Assembly (NCBI GenBank): GCA_963715335.1
Contig: CAVQRZ010000023.1
Coordinates: 96,001-160,000 of the forward strand
DNA length: 64,000 bases
Source: an uncultured delta proteobacterium
GTDB lineage: Bacteria > Desulfobacterota > Desulfuromonadia > Desulfuromonadales > BM103
Direction: 5' to 3'
Below, in pieces: positions 40,553 to 50,827 of the stretch. The notes under the pieces were generated by a model. It was given only the letters and a program-made list of their open reading frames with translations. It was not told the origin of the DNA and did no database searches. The position numbers and the translations under genes are program-made. The number at the start of each line of letters is the position of its first letter. Position 1 is the first letter of the stretch.

Positions 40553-41650
40553 TCAACCCAACAGCGCATCAATAGCGTCGAAGTTGAAACGCTTGTCAGC
40601 CAGTTCCTTGATCAGGTCAATCTTCTGGGTGTCTGTGGCGTTGAGCTTGGACACGTCGTCATTGATGATATTGTAGACTTCCGCCGTATTGCAACTGACC
40701 CGCATATACGGTATGCCGCTTCGGTCAAGGATCTTCTGGGTAATCAAACTGACCTGGGCCAGGCCCGGAATCAGCAATCCGGCCAATAAGTGATGATATT
40801 CCGGAATGTTATAGATATTCGCCAGAGTTACGAGCAATTCATCCCTGCTGCTGGTGACGATCACCAGGGAAGATTCACACAGCATCTCAGTGACCCGCTG
40901 GGTCGAAGCGGCACCGATCTGCACATGATGAACAATCTGCCCGGCAACTTCCGGGTTGCCGTGCAACTCGACACCGAGCACCTGGCTGATACGCCGCAGG
41001 GTCGGATTGGCAAGGATCGGCTGGTAATTGAACCCACCTATCACCTTGAAAGACTCCTTGGCAAAGGCCAGGGAGAGGTAATGCAAAGTCTTTTCGCGTT
41101 TATCGGGAATAATCTTGTTGGCCAGGACAGCCCTGACCTCGGCACCCTCCTGCCTGAACAGGGCCATGTTCATGTAGGCGGCGTCGACGACATTGCCGAT
41201 ACCGCCACCGGTCACCATGAGAACCGGGGCGTCAGCCAATCGCGCAATCCGTGCATTGGATAAACCGATCACCGATCCGACCCCGGTGTGCCCTGCCCCC
41301 TCTATGATGAGAAAATCGTTCTTGCGGTCGAGTTCCTCGATTGCATGGAGGATTTTCCGTTCCTGGTCCTGGGCGGAGATTTCACCGTCGAGGATTTTCT
41401 GCGTATCCCCCGGCATCAGGACGACGGGCGACATCAACGCCAGGTCGTCTTCGAGGCCAAAGACTTCTGCCATCAAAGCCGCGTCCTTGTCTGTAACCAT
41501 CTTGTTTCTGGCCACGGTCGGTTTCGGACCCAACGGCTTGATGAAGCCGACCCGCGCGTATTTCTTGCGGGCCATATACATCAATGAGAGGCTGGTCGTG
41601 GTTTTACCGCTGTTCTGGCCGGTTGCGGCGACAAATACCTTGCGGGCCAT
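40553..41650 (-). CDS. AAA_26/BioD-like + DRTGG protein (phosphotransacetylase N-terminal-like)
   Basis: VAATGQNSGKTT, GFIKP, IEGAGHTGVGSV. Confidence 0.75.
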   Translation of the reverse strand: MARKVFVAATGQNSGKTTTSLSLMYMARKKYARVGFIKPLGPKPTVARNKMVTDKDAALMAEVFGLEDDLALMSPVVLMPGDTQKILDGEISAQDQERKILHAIEELDRKNDFLIIEGAGHTGVGSVIGLSNARIARLADAPVLMVTGGGIGNVVDAAYMNMALFRQEGAEVRAVLANKIIPDKREKTLHYLSLAFAKESFKVIGGFNYQPILANPTLRRISQVLGVELHGNPEVAGQIVHHVQIGAASTQRVTEMLCESSLVIVTSSRDELLVTLANIYNIPEYHHLLAGLLIPGLAQVSLITQKILDRSGIPYMRVSCNTAEVYNIINDDVSKLNATDTQKIDLIKELADKRFNFDAIDALLG

Positions 41651-41741
41651 AAAATACTCCATAAAAAAAGACGTGGCGAGTGGCGTGTAGCGCGTAGCGA
41701 GGAACGGCTCATGGCTTTTTCTCGCTACACGCTACTCTACT

Positions 41742-42317
41742 TTAATTCCTGTCTTTCACCAGTTTCGAGATCGCCTTGAACTGGTCGTGGGTCGATTCCT
41801 TCAACATCTGGAACAGGACTGTCTCGGCAGTCGTCACAACGGCACCGGCCTGGGCAGCACTGGCAACCGCGGCCAGGAAATCCAGCTTGCTGCGCGAGCA
41901 GATGGCATCGCGCACCAGATGCACATGGTAACCATCCTCGAGCAGGCCGAGGACCGTCTGATAGACACAGACATGGGCTTCCATGCCGGTCACGATGACC
42001 TGGCTGCGACCGGTTCCCCTGATTGCCGTCAAAAAATTCGGCTCACCACAACAGCCGAAACTGACTTTTTCTACCACATTGTCGCCGCAGGCATCGGCCA
42101 GTTCCGCGACGGTATGCCCGATCCCTTTAGGATACTGTTCCGTAGTGACGATCGGGACCCCGAGCAGCTTGGCCGCCTCGACCAGCATGGCAACCGTATT
42201 GAGCAACCGCAGATAAACCTTGTGCGGCATTGCCGGCACCAGGCGCTCCTGAATATCGATCACCACCAGGACCGCCTTGTCCGCTTCCAGCTTGAATTTC
42301 CCCATATCAGTCGACAT
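41742..42317 (-). CDS. Isochorismatase-family hydrolase
   Basis: VIDIQERL, TEQYPKGIG, KVSF, GMEAHVCVYQT; AGGAG RBS. Confidence 0.9.
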   Translation of the reverse strand: MSTDMGKFKLEADKAVLVVIDIQERLVPAMPHKVYLRLLNTVAMLVEAAKLLGVPIVTTEQYPKGIGHTVAELADACGDNVVEKVSFGCCGEPNFLTAIRGTGRSQVIVTGMEAHVCVYQTVLGLLEDGYHVHLVRDAICSRSKLDFLAAVASAAQAGAVVTTAETVLFQMLKESTHDQFKAISKLVKDRN

Positions 42318-42401
42318 TAATAGCTCCTGTGATCTGGATTGACCTTCTTCATGCCTCGCACTTCGCACTTGCCGAGAGGCTTTTCCCGCACGGGAAACCT
42401 T

Positions 42402-42878
42402 TTAAGGATACACCCGCATCACCTGTTCGGCAACGCAGGCCGGCTTTTCCCTGCCCTCGATCTCAATGGTCAGTCTGTAAACAATCTGCGCTCCCTTACT
42501 GACCCCTGCTGCCGATTGTACTGCTGTTCTGGCACGAATCCTGTCTCCGCACAGTACCGGTGCCGGGAAACGCAGCTTGTTCAACCCGTAATTGACTCGC
42601 AGGCGCATGCCGGGATAATTGTTCGAGAAAAAATCCGGATGATTGCTCTGGGTCAGGTACGGCAATAGCGACAGGGTCAGGAAGCCATGGGCAATGGTCG
42701 TGCTGTAAGGGGATTCTTTCGCAGCACGGTCGGGATCAACATGAATCCACTGCTCGTCGCCGGTCACCCTGGCAAATTCATCGATGCGCTGCTGGTCGAT
42801 TTTCAACCAGGGTCCGACGTGAACTTCCAGGTCGACCAGCTTTTGGTATTTATCGATCAACTCATCTGTTAACGTCAT
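42402..42878 (-). CDS. MaoC-family dehydratase
   Basis: FARVTGDEQWIHVD, IAHGFLTLS, NYGLNKLRFPAPV. Confidence 0.9.
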   Translation of the reverse strand: MTLTDELIDKYQKLVDLEVHVGPWLKIDQQRIDEFARVTGDEQWIHVDPDRAAKESPYSTTIAHGFLTLSLLPYLTQSNHPDFFSNNYPGMRLRVNYGLNKLRFPAPVLCGDRIRARTAVQSAAGVSKGAQIVYRLTIEIEGREKPACVAEQVMRVYP

Positions 42879-43146
42879 GCGCAGTCCCATCCTCAAGCGT
42901 GTTTCACAGCAATCTTAAATAACGTTATTCGGCAAACCCTGCAAGCCAAATCAGCCGCCGTCAAGATAAAGATAATTTTCCCCGTTGCTGATAAACCTTG
43001 AGCAATTACGCTTATTTCTCGATAATAGGCAGAAATCGACCATCTCCGCAAAGAACGCAATCGTGGGAAAGCAAGATCGCGATCATGGCAAGCTCGGCAG
43101 ACGGTCTTTTCAGGTCGTCAGCTTTATTCACAGCATGAGGTCCATC

Positions 43147-45003
43147 ATGTCACAAAATGACAAAAGCAATCACCAGAGCCAGGCACATCCGATGAATCGA
43201 GCCACGGACAAAGTCGTGCCGAACAAGTATATGCTGACGATCAAGGATGTCGCCAAGCTCCTGCATCAGCGTAGCAGGCTCAGCGACGAGCAATACCAGA
43301 TGGTTCTCGAGCGCGGCGATGCCCAGGCGGCCAGGTTGAACAGCCACCTGAAAACCGGCAAGGTAAAAAAAGATGTCTACCTCGCGGAACTCGCATCTCC
43401 GGCCCAGATCATTACCTCATTCAACCTGGAGATTCCGGCGACCCAGAAGAAGTTGACTGAAGATGTCATAACCGAGCTGATCGCCCAGGCCGCGGGGATG
43501 GAATACATCAAGATCGACCCGCTCAAGCTGGAGCTCGATGTCGTCACCGACCAGATTCCCCGCGCCTTCGCCCTGAAGAATCTGGTCGTACCGATCGATG
43601 CAAAAGAAGGCGTTGCGACCATCGCAGTGGCTGATCCATACAATATCAGGCCGATCGAAGACCTGCAGCATGCCCTGGGTATCCAGATCAGGCGCATCCT
43701 GGCCTCGCGCAGCGATGTCCTGAAAATTCTCGAGGAGTTTTTCGGCTTTCAGGCCTCGGTGAGGGCCGCCCAGTTGGATATGGGGCTACGCTCGGAGTTG
43801 TCAAACCTTGAACAGCTGTTCAAGATGCGCGGCCGCGATGAAATCGAGAGTAGCGACCAGCACATCATTTCCGCCGTTGAATTTCTGCTCAAATACGCCT
43901 TTGATCAACGGGCCAGCGATATCCATATTGAACCGAAGCGCGAAAAATCGATGATCCGTTTCCGCGTCGACGGGGTACTGCACAACATTCACACCGTGCC
44001 GATCAACCTGCACCCGGCCATGATATCGCGCCTGAAACTGCTTTCCCGGCTTGATGTCGCTGAGAAACGCCGCCCCCAGGACGGACGCATCAAGACGGAA
44101 CATATGGGCAAGGACATCGAACTGCGCGTCTCAACCCTGCCGGTCGCTTTCGGCGAAAAGGTAGTCATCCGTATTTTCGACCCTGAGATTCTCATGCAGA
44201 AACTCGACCGGATCGGCTTTAACGAGCGCGAGTATAAACTCTACAGTTCATTCATCAGAATGCCGCACGGCATCATCCTGGTAACCGGCCCCACCGGCAG
44301 CGGCAAAACCACGACCCTCTATTCGTCCCTGAAAACCATCTCTTCGCCGGAAATCAACATTATCACCGTCGAGGATCCGATCGAGATGGTCATGGAAGAC
44401 TTCAACCAGGTCGGAGTCCAGGCGGCGATCGACGTCACCTTTGCCACCGTCCTGCGCAACATCCTGCGCCAGGACCCCGATGTCCTGATGATCGGTGAAA
44501 TCCGCGACCGGGAAACCGCCAGTAACGCTGTGCAAGCGGCCTTGACCGGCCACCTGGTTCTCTCGACTCTGCACACCAATGACTCCCCCTCTGCGATCGC
44601 CCGGCTCCTGGATATCGGCATCCCGGCCTTCCTGATCAGCTCCACGGTCAGCGGCATCATCGCCCAGCGCCTGCTCAGGACAATCTGCCAGGAATGCAAG
44701 TTCGAGAGGGTCCTCAGCGATGACGAAATGGTCTACCTTGGGCTGGCGAAAAAAATATACAAGGTCTGGCAAGGCAAGGGCTGCGACGCCTGCCGTGGCA
44801 CCGGCTACAAGGGGCGGACCGGGATCTTTGAGGTTCTTGAGATAACCGAGCGACTCAAGGCCCAGATTACTGAGCAGACCGACATGACAAAAATTTATGA
44901 GATCGCCAGAGCGGACGGGATGGTCAGCCTGCGCGAGTTGGCCATTCAGAAGCTCCTTGACGGGCACACGACCTTCCAGGAGATCGTTTCCGTCACCGGC
45001 TGA
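43147..45003 (+). CDS. GspE/PulE/PilB-family ATPase
   Basis: ASDIHIEP, RPQDG, TGPTGSGKTTTLY, EDPIE, LRQDPD, TGHLVLSTLHTN, tetracysteine motif. Start trimmed to MSQND. Confidence 0.92.
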   Translation: MSQNDKSNHQSQAHPMNRATDKVVPNKYMLTIKDVAKLLHQRSRLSDEQYQMVLERGDAQAARLNSHLKTGKVKKDVYLAELASPAQIITSFNLEIPATQKKLTEDVITELIAQAAGMEYIKIDPLKLELDVVTDQIPRAFALKNLVVPIDAKEGVATIAVADPYNIRPIEDLQHALGIQIRRILASRSDVLKILEEFFGFQASVRAAQLDMGLRSELSNLEQLFKMRGRDEIESSDQHIISAVEFLLKYAFDQRASDIHIEPKREKSMIRFRVDGVLHNIHTVPINLHPAMISRLKLLSRLDVAEKRRPQDGRIKTEHMGKDIELRVSTLPVAFGEKVVIRIFDPEILMQKLDRIGFNEREYKLYSSFIRMPHGIILVTGPTGSGKTTTLYSSLKTISSPEINIITVEDPIEMVMEDFNQVGVQAAIDVTFATVLRNILRQDPDVLMIGEIRDRETASNAVQAALTGHLVLSTLHTNDSPSAIARLLDIGIPAFLISSTVSGIIAQRLLRTICQECKFERVLSDDEMVYLGLAKKIYKVWQGKGCDACRGTGYKGRTGIFEVLEITERLKAQITEQTDMTKIYEIARADGMVSLRELAIQKLLDGHTTFQEIVSVTG

Positions 45004-45115
45004 TCGGCAGAGAATACTTTTTCACGTAAAAGTTAAGACAAAATTTCTATACCAGATTGACTTCCTGCTGAATCGTGATTCTGTTTAAAGACAGAGCCAT
45101 TTCAGGGAGGCAATC

Positions 45116-45886
45116 ATGCGTCGATACAAGCCGTTACTCGCCATTACTATGCTCATCCTCGGCATTTTCCTGCTGCAAATCTCCATTGCGCCGCCAGCCG
45201 TTGCCCAGATGGACTGGCTGAAGACCGGCAAAGACCTGCTCGGCACAGTCGGTGCGACGCCAACGAACGAAGCTTCCGATCTGACCAGCGGTGAGATCGC
45301 CAGCGGCTTGAAAGATGCTCTGCGGGTCGGCACTGAAACGGTGGTCGCACAGCTCGGGCAGCAGGATGGCTTCAACGCCGATCCGGCGATTCACATCCCG
45401 CTGCCGGACAGCCTCAAACAGATCAAGTCGGCCCTCTCAGCGGTCGGCATGTCGTCGATGATGGACGATCTCGAACTCAAACTGAATCGCGCTGCCGAAG
45501 CGGCAACCCCGCCTGCAAAGAAGCTGTTCCTGGATGCGATCACAGCCATGACCCTCGAAGATGTCAAAAGCATCTACAACGGCCCGGATGACGCTGCCAC
45601 CCGCTATTTCCAGGACAAGATGTCTGCACCGCTTGCCGCAGAGATGCAGCCGATCGTCGAAAATGCCTTAAACCAGGTCGGTGCGGTGCAGAGCTACGAT
45701 GCGGTTATGGGTGAGTATGCCAGCATCCCCTTCGTGCCCGACGTCAAGGCGGATCTGAACAAGTATGTCGTCGACAAGGGGATGGAGGGGATTTTCCACT
45801 ACGTCGCTGTAGAAGAAGCCGCGATCAGGAACGATCCGCTGAAACGGAGCACGGATATCCTGCAAAAGGTGTTCGGTGCCAAATGA
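45116..45886 (+). CDS. DUF4197-family exported protein
   Basis: Signal peptide, GLKDALRVG, LNRAAE, EEAAIRNDP. Confidence 0.85.
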   Translation: MRRYKPLLAITMLILGIFLLQISIAPPAVAQMDWLKTGKDLLGTVGATPTNEASDLTSGEIASGLKDALRVGTETVVAQLGQQDGFNADPAIHIPLPDSLKQIKSALSAVGMSSMMDDLELKLNRAAEAATPPAKKLFLDAITAMTLEDVKSIYNGPDDAATRYFQDKMSAPLAAEMQPIVENALNQVGAVQSYDAVMGEYASIPFVPDVKADLNKYVVDKGMEGIFHYVAVEEAAIRNDPLKRSTDILQKVFGAK

Positions 45887-45947
45887 GACAAGAAAGGCAG
45901 CTCCAGAAGTAAGAGCCGCCTTAAGTCTGCTGACAAAGTTCATCCAA

Positions 45948-46470
45948 AATTCGTGATGGAGAGGGCAACAGATGGTTCATCTGTTGCCTTTTTCCATTGG
46001 ACGTTGGAATTCAAAGACAAAAGCAAAACCCGGGGGTTGCGCCCCCCGACTGCGCCTTACTCTTTTGCTGGCCCAAAAGAGTAAGCAGAAAAAGGCCTGC
46101 GCTGCGCTGGGCATGTCTGGCGCGTCAGGGCGGCAACCTCAATTCAGACAGGGCTATCCGACCAAATGTCTACATTTCCCCCGCAGGTGACGAGGCTCTT
46201 GAGAGCCTCTCCTTTCGTGGAGATTTGCGTCGATAGGGGTTGTTTTGGCTTTTCCCTTGTAAATCACACGGAAAGGTCAGGTCCTTTGACACAGGGCCGG
46301 ATCCCCATCACAGCAGGTTTTTGAAGTCACAGAAATCCGGCAGAGGAGATGCCCTCCGCAAGGAGAAAGGCACTTTTGCATACTTTTGTTGCCGGACAAA
46401 AGTATGGCGTCCGGCGGGACGCGACCCGCCGGTTTTGTCTTTCCGAAAAAGCAAAAGGACACAGATGAAA
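45948..46470. repeat. Dispersed structured non-coding element, copy 2
   Basis: Same orientation as 19895-20445 and highly similar. Left end AATTCGTGATGGAGAGGGCAACAGATGGTTCATCTGTTGCC is nearly the reverse complement of copy 1's right end. The right terminal palindrome is degenerate. Confidence 0.85.
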
Positions 46471-46498
46471 CGGCCTTTTATCATGTTTCTATGTACTT

Positions 46499-47122
46499 TT
46501 AGCCCCACAGTATCCTGCCTCCGACGAGAATCAACAGACACCCCAGAATTCCCTGGATCACCGGACGGTAGCTCAGGAACAGTGGTTGGAACGTCCGACT
46601 CGACACCAGGCAGGCAACGCTCGTGTACCAGACCAGCGAAATCAGGAACATCGAGATATTCAGGAATACTTTGCCCCACAATGGAAAATCCGGACCCATC
46701 ACCAGGGTGAAGAGACTCAGGTAAAAGGCCCAGGCCTTCGGGTTGGTCAGGTTGGTCAACATGCCGGTCCGGTAAGGCACCATGGCTGACGACCCGATCG
46801 GCTTGTCCGTTGCTTTCGGAACAAGCTCACTGCGGCGGGTTCGCAACATGCCCAGGCCAATCCAGGCCAGGTAGCCGCCGCCGACAAACCGCATGATCTC
46901 GGCAAAGTGCGGTAGCGAGTGGACTAACGGCAACAAGCCGACCAGACCGGCGAAAGCAAAGATCCCGCTGCCGGTGGCCACCCCCATCGATGTCAGAACA
47001 CCTTCACTCCGGGAACGGTTCAAAGCAGTGTTGGTCACGAGGATAAAGTTTGGTCCTGGTGAAATGATAGCAAGGGCGAAAACCCCCAGAAAAGTAAATA
47101 TGGCCGGCCAGATTGATTCCAT
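46499..47122 (-). CDS. LysE/RhtB-family transporter
   Basis: ISPGPNF, GGGYLAWIG, TNLTNPKA. Confidence 0.92.
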   Translation of the reverse strand: MESIWPAIFTFLGVFALAIISPGPNFILVTNTALNRSRSEGVLTSMGVATGSGIFAFAGLVGLLPLVHSLPHFAEIMRFVGGGYLAWIGLGMLRTRRSELVPKATDKPIGSSAMVPYRTGMLTNLTNPKAWAFYLSLFTLVMGPDFPLWGKVFLNISMFLISLVWYTSVACLVSSRTFQPLFLSYRPVIQGILGCLLILVGGRILWG

Positions 47123-47205
47123 GGCGACAGTTTAGCGATAGTTGTGCAGGAAACAAGAGAAATTGCATCACAAATGTTTTATGTGGCCGCTATCACAAAT
47201 AACAC

Positions 47206-47238
47206 AAAAGCTCCGACCGGGAATCAGTCGGAGCTTTT
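47206..47238 (-). terminator. Terminator downstream of ssrA (bidirectional-type)
   Basis: AAAAGCTCCGAC-N9-GTCGGAGCTTTT. Confidence 0.8.
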
Positions 47239-47246
47239 GCACAGGA

Positions 47247-47598
47247 TGGTGGAGGTGGCGGGAATCGAACCCGCGTCCGAAAATCTTTCACGTCAGGCGT
47301 CTACATGCGTAGTTCGTGTTTTGCTTAACCCGTAAGAGCTCCCACGAACAGGATATTCTTGCGGGGGAGTCCGCTTAAGTTTCGCCTTCACGCCACGGAC
47401 ACTCGCGAAGACTATCCCACTAAATTAGCGTCTCAAAACCCACATGGGCGATGAATCAGGAGACGAGGCAGCAATTAAGCTGCCAGTGCGTAACGAACGT
47501 CAGTGTCGGCGTTTGTTAGTGTTGGGCTTTGTTACGGAGCCAGCCCACTCCGGCATGCAACCAGCGCTTCCAATCCCCGTCGAAACCTTGGCACCCCC
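47247..47598 (-). ncRNA. ssrA: tmRNA
   Basis: 5' GGGGGTGCCAAGGTTTCGAC; 3' GGTTCGATTCCCGCCACCTCCACCA; tag ORF 47510-47475 encodes ADTDVRYALAA*; adjacent to smpB. Confidence 0.96.
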
Positions 47599-47714
47599 TT
47601 TAAGTTCGGAACCGAGAGGCGCGAGGCGAGTGGCGCGAAAAGGATTATTCGCACTTCGCACTTCGCACTTCAATAGTCTCATATTTATTGCTATAAATCA
47701 ATCGGTTAAAAGAA

Positions 47715-48170
47715 CTATCTCGAGTGATCTCTCACCGCACGGCTGGCCTCTCGATCAGCCTGCTTGCGCTTGAGAGTCTCGCGCTTGTCGTAAAGCTTCT
47801 TACCGCGACAGACGCCGATTTCAAGCTTGGCGCGACTGTCTTTGAAGTAGATCTTGGTCGGCACCAGGGTCAGCCCTTTTTCATCGACTTTTTTGCTCAG
47901 TTTGTCGATCTCGATGCGGTTCAGCAGCAGCTTGCGTGAACGCAGCGGATCGTGGTTCTCGCGGTTGCCCTGCTCATACGGGCTGATGTTCATGTTGTCG
48001 ACGAACACCTCGCCATTGCGAATCCGGCAGTAAGATTCCTTGATGCTGACCTGCCCCATGCGAATCGACTTGACCTCGGTCCCCTGCAGAGCAAGGCCCG
48101 CCTCGAATACTTCGTCAACGAAGTACTCGTGGTAAGCCTTCTTGTTGTTGGCGATAATTTTTATACCCAT
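47715..48170 (-). CDS. smpB: SsrA-binding protein
   Basis: [35 protein letters not shown]. Confidence 0.98.
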   Translation of the reverse strand: MGIKIIANNKKAYHEYFVDEVFEAGLALQGTEVKSIRMGQVSIKESYCRIRNGEVFVDNMNISPYEQGNRENHDPLRSRKLLLNRIEIDKLSKKVDEKGLTLVPTKIYFKDSRAKLEIGVCRGKKLYDKRETLKRKQADREASRAVRDHSR

Positions 48171-48308
48171 AATTAACCGAATCGCGAGGTGCGAAGTGCG
48201 AACCGCGAGAAATCTTTCTCTAGACCAGCATGTTTCAGGATGTCTTAATCGTAAAAGCCGAATAACAAGTTTTTAATAATTATCCTGCCTCGCGCCTCGC
48301 ACTTCGCG

Positions 48309-48758
48309 CTACGGGACTTCATCCCTAAGGATAGCAACGATTTTAGGCATATATGCCTCTTTCGACAAGGCGCTGCTGCCAACCCGGAGGATGACGAAAC
48401 TGCCGATCATGAAGAAAACCCCGAATATCGCCGAGAGCAGGTTCGGTTCGAGGCCGACGTCCAGCTTCTCCCCCACGGCCTTGCCGACCAGAGCACCGAG
48501 CACCAGGGCGATCAGCGGGACGATGTAGAGCAGAAACGATGACTGCAGAAAAGACCGGGTCGTGGTAGCGATCCGTACATGGTCACCCACCTCCGCCCCA
48601 AGATCGTTCCTGACCTCGATCAGGCGGGTGTGATTATCATCACCGATCATGCAGCTGCCACTGGTCGCACAGTGCTCACAGAGACTGCTCTTGCGGCACA
48701 TGACCACAGCGGTGGCCTTGCCCTTCAATTCAACGACTGTTCCATTTTCTTCTATCAT
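48309..48758 (-). CDS. RseC/MucC-family protein
   Basis: MIEENGTV, CEHCATSGSC, GAEVGDHV, LYIVPL, two TM helices. Confidence 0.85.
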   Translation of the reverse strand: MIEENGTVVELKGKATAVVMCRKSSLCEHCATSGSCMIGDDNHTRLIEVRNDLGAEVGDHVRIATTTRSFLQSSFLLYIVPLIALVLGALVGKAVGEKLDVGLEPNLLSAIFGVFFMIGSFVILRVGSSALSKEAYMPKIVAILRDEVP

Positions 48759-48818
48759 GTCATATATTTACACTAGTAAAAACAAAACTGTCTTAACGAT
48801 GCCGAGCCTCGCACAACT

Positions 48819-49496
48819 TCAGTCTACCACATCGGCCTTTTTTACAAGAGGAGGGACCTTCTTTTCAGGCGGAGTCACCATGCCGCCGCTGATGATCAGC
48901 TTGAAAGCCTCTTCCACCGTCATTTTCAGCACGATCAGGTCTTCTTCCGGGACCAGGATGTAAAAGCCCGACGTCGGATTCGGCGTCGTCGGTACAAACA
49001 CGTTGACCAGGTTTTCAGCGGTCACCCGTTGCACTTCACCCGTGGACTTCCCTGTGACGAAAGCGACCGCCCAGATCTCCTTGCGCGGGTATTCGATCAG
49101 GACCACTTTGCGGAAAGCCCCATGGTCGCGTTTCAAAACTGTATCGGAAACCTGTTTGAACAGCGTGTACACCCCCTTGACGAGCGGGATCCGGTCAACC
49201 AGATTTTCCGAAAAAGTCACCAGGGAACGACCGAAGATATTCGCTGCCAGAACACCGACCAGCAAAATCAGCAGAAACGTAGCCACCAGGCTGATGCCTG
49301 GCACCGGGATCCCGTACAGCACCTCAGGCCGCAGGATTTCAGGCAGAACTGAGATGAGCAGGCTGTTGATGAAGCGGAACAGCCAGCGGATCACCAGGAC
49401 GGTCATGCTGATCGGCACGACCACCAGCAGGCCGGTCAGAAAATATTTCTTCAGCTTGTGACGAAACAGCCGGTTGAACGCAGAAAGTCGAGCCAT
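48819..49496 (-). CDS. DUF502-family membrane protein
   Basis: YFLTGLLVVVP, VLIEYPR, VFVPTTPNPTSGF, IISGG. Confidence 0.9.
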   Translation of the reverse strand: MARLSAFNRLFRHKLKKYFLTGLLVVVPISMTVLVIRWLFRFINSLLISVLPEILRPEVLYGIPVPGISLVATFLLILLVGVLAANIFGRSLVTFSENLVDRIPLVKGVYTLFKQVSDTVLKRDHGAFRKVVLIEYPRKEIWAVAFVTGKSTGEVQRVTAENLVNVFVPTTPNPTSGFYILVPEEDLIVLKMTVEEAFKLIISGGMVTPPEKKVPPLVKKADVVD

Positions 49497-49543
49497 AAAA
49501 CCTCATCGGACAGGGGTTGCCAGCGGTGTATTATAGAGGCAGC

Positions 49544-50816
49544 TTAAGATTCCGGCAAGACGTTCCGCGCACCAAGGTAAAGATGGTTGACCACAGCGTT
49601 CTCACCAGCAGCACAGAGAGCCTCTTCGAGTTCGGCCATGGAGGGCAAACCGGGCAGGCTGACGATCTGAAAAGAGGCGTCGCAGCCAACCGCAAGCTGC
49701 CCTGTCCTCCCCTGCAGTCCCAGCGCACGGGAGCCTCCCAGGGTTGCAATTTCCAGCCATTTGCGCGGGGCAACATCACCGTCAAACCAACTTCGCGCAA
49801 AAGCCAGTTCATCCCAGATCGACAGGCTCGTTGTACTGGCCAGGCTGTCGGTACCCAGAGAGAGGGGCAGACCAGCCTTCAGGTAGGCTGCGACAGGCGC
49901 CTTGCCGATATTCAAGGCGGCATTGGAGCGCGGGCAGAGAGCAAGGCTGCAGGCTTGGCTTTTGAGCAGGGCGATATCTGCTTCATTTACCTGTACGCCA
50001 TGCACCACGAGATCATTCTTGCGCAACCGCCCTGCCCGGCATAGAGCCTGGACCGGGCTGCAACCGGCAGGAGGCTCGGTCGCGGGGTCCCAGCGCGCAG
50101 CGGCATAGAGTTTTTCTGCAATGGCCCCCTTCCCCTCCTGCATAAAAAGGGTTTCGTCTGCAGATTCAGCGAGGTGGATGCTGCTTTGCAGCGCCTGCTC
50201 CGAGGCAAAGGCAAAGACCTGGTCCATGGCAGAGGCAGACAACGTATAAGGGGCATGAGGAGAGAGGCCCCAGTTCAACGCCGGTCCGGGTCGTCTGCAG
50301 AGCATTGACCTGATTATGGCCAATCGGTCGGACACGACGCCTGAATCGTGCCCAAGGACCTCCGCAAACACCTGCCCATACAATGGTGATTCCCGATAAG
50401 CATCGACTACCGGCAAAGTTGTGAAGATGTCGCCAACGGCGCCGGTCCCTGACCTCAAGGACTCTTCCAGGCCGCTGGCAAGAGACTCTCTGACCTGCTT
50501 GACGTCAACAGTGCGGCGCACCCTTACCAGCCGGAGGATCCAGTCGACAAAGTCTTCGGGTGCTTCAGCCTCATCTGCGGCAGCGGCCCAATCAGGGAAA
50601 GAGCTGAGCTCAAGGTGGGTGTGTGCGTTGACCATCGGCGGCATCAGAACCACATCACCGAAATCAGTCTGCTTCGCCCCGGCAGAAGTCCCTGTGCAGC
50701 TCGGAGCGCGAGCCGACAGCAAGAATCCGTCCGTCAGCAACGAGCAAAGCCCCGTCTTCAATCGGCGGGGCCGCTATCGGCAGGAGATACCTGGCCGTGT
50801 AGAGAGAAAGTGCCAT
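49544..50816 (-). pseudogene. Metal-dependent amidohydrolase/deaminase with an apparent frameshift near 50695
   Basis: NAHTHLE, PHAPY, HLAES, LGTDSLAS. The typical N-terminus MALSLYTARYLLPIAAPPIEDGALLVADGRILAVG starts at 50816 in a different frame. Confidence 0.7.
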
Positions 50817-50827
50817 AGCAGAATCGA

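Noticed and set aside
47247..47300. tRNA-like 3' end as a tRNA gene or integration site
   Set aside because: It is the tRNA-like domain of tmRNA. I see no integrase or duplicated att sequence nearby.
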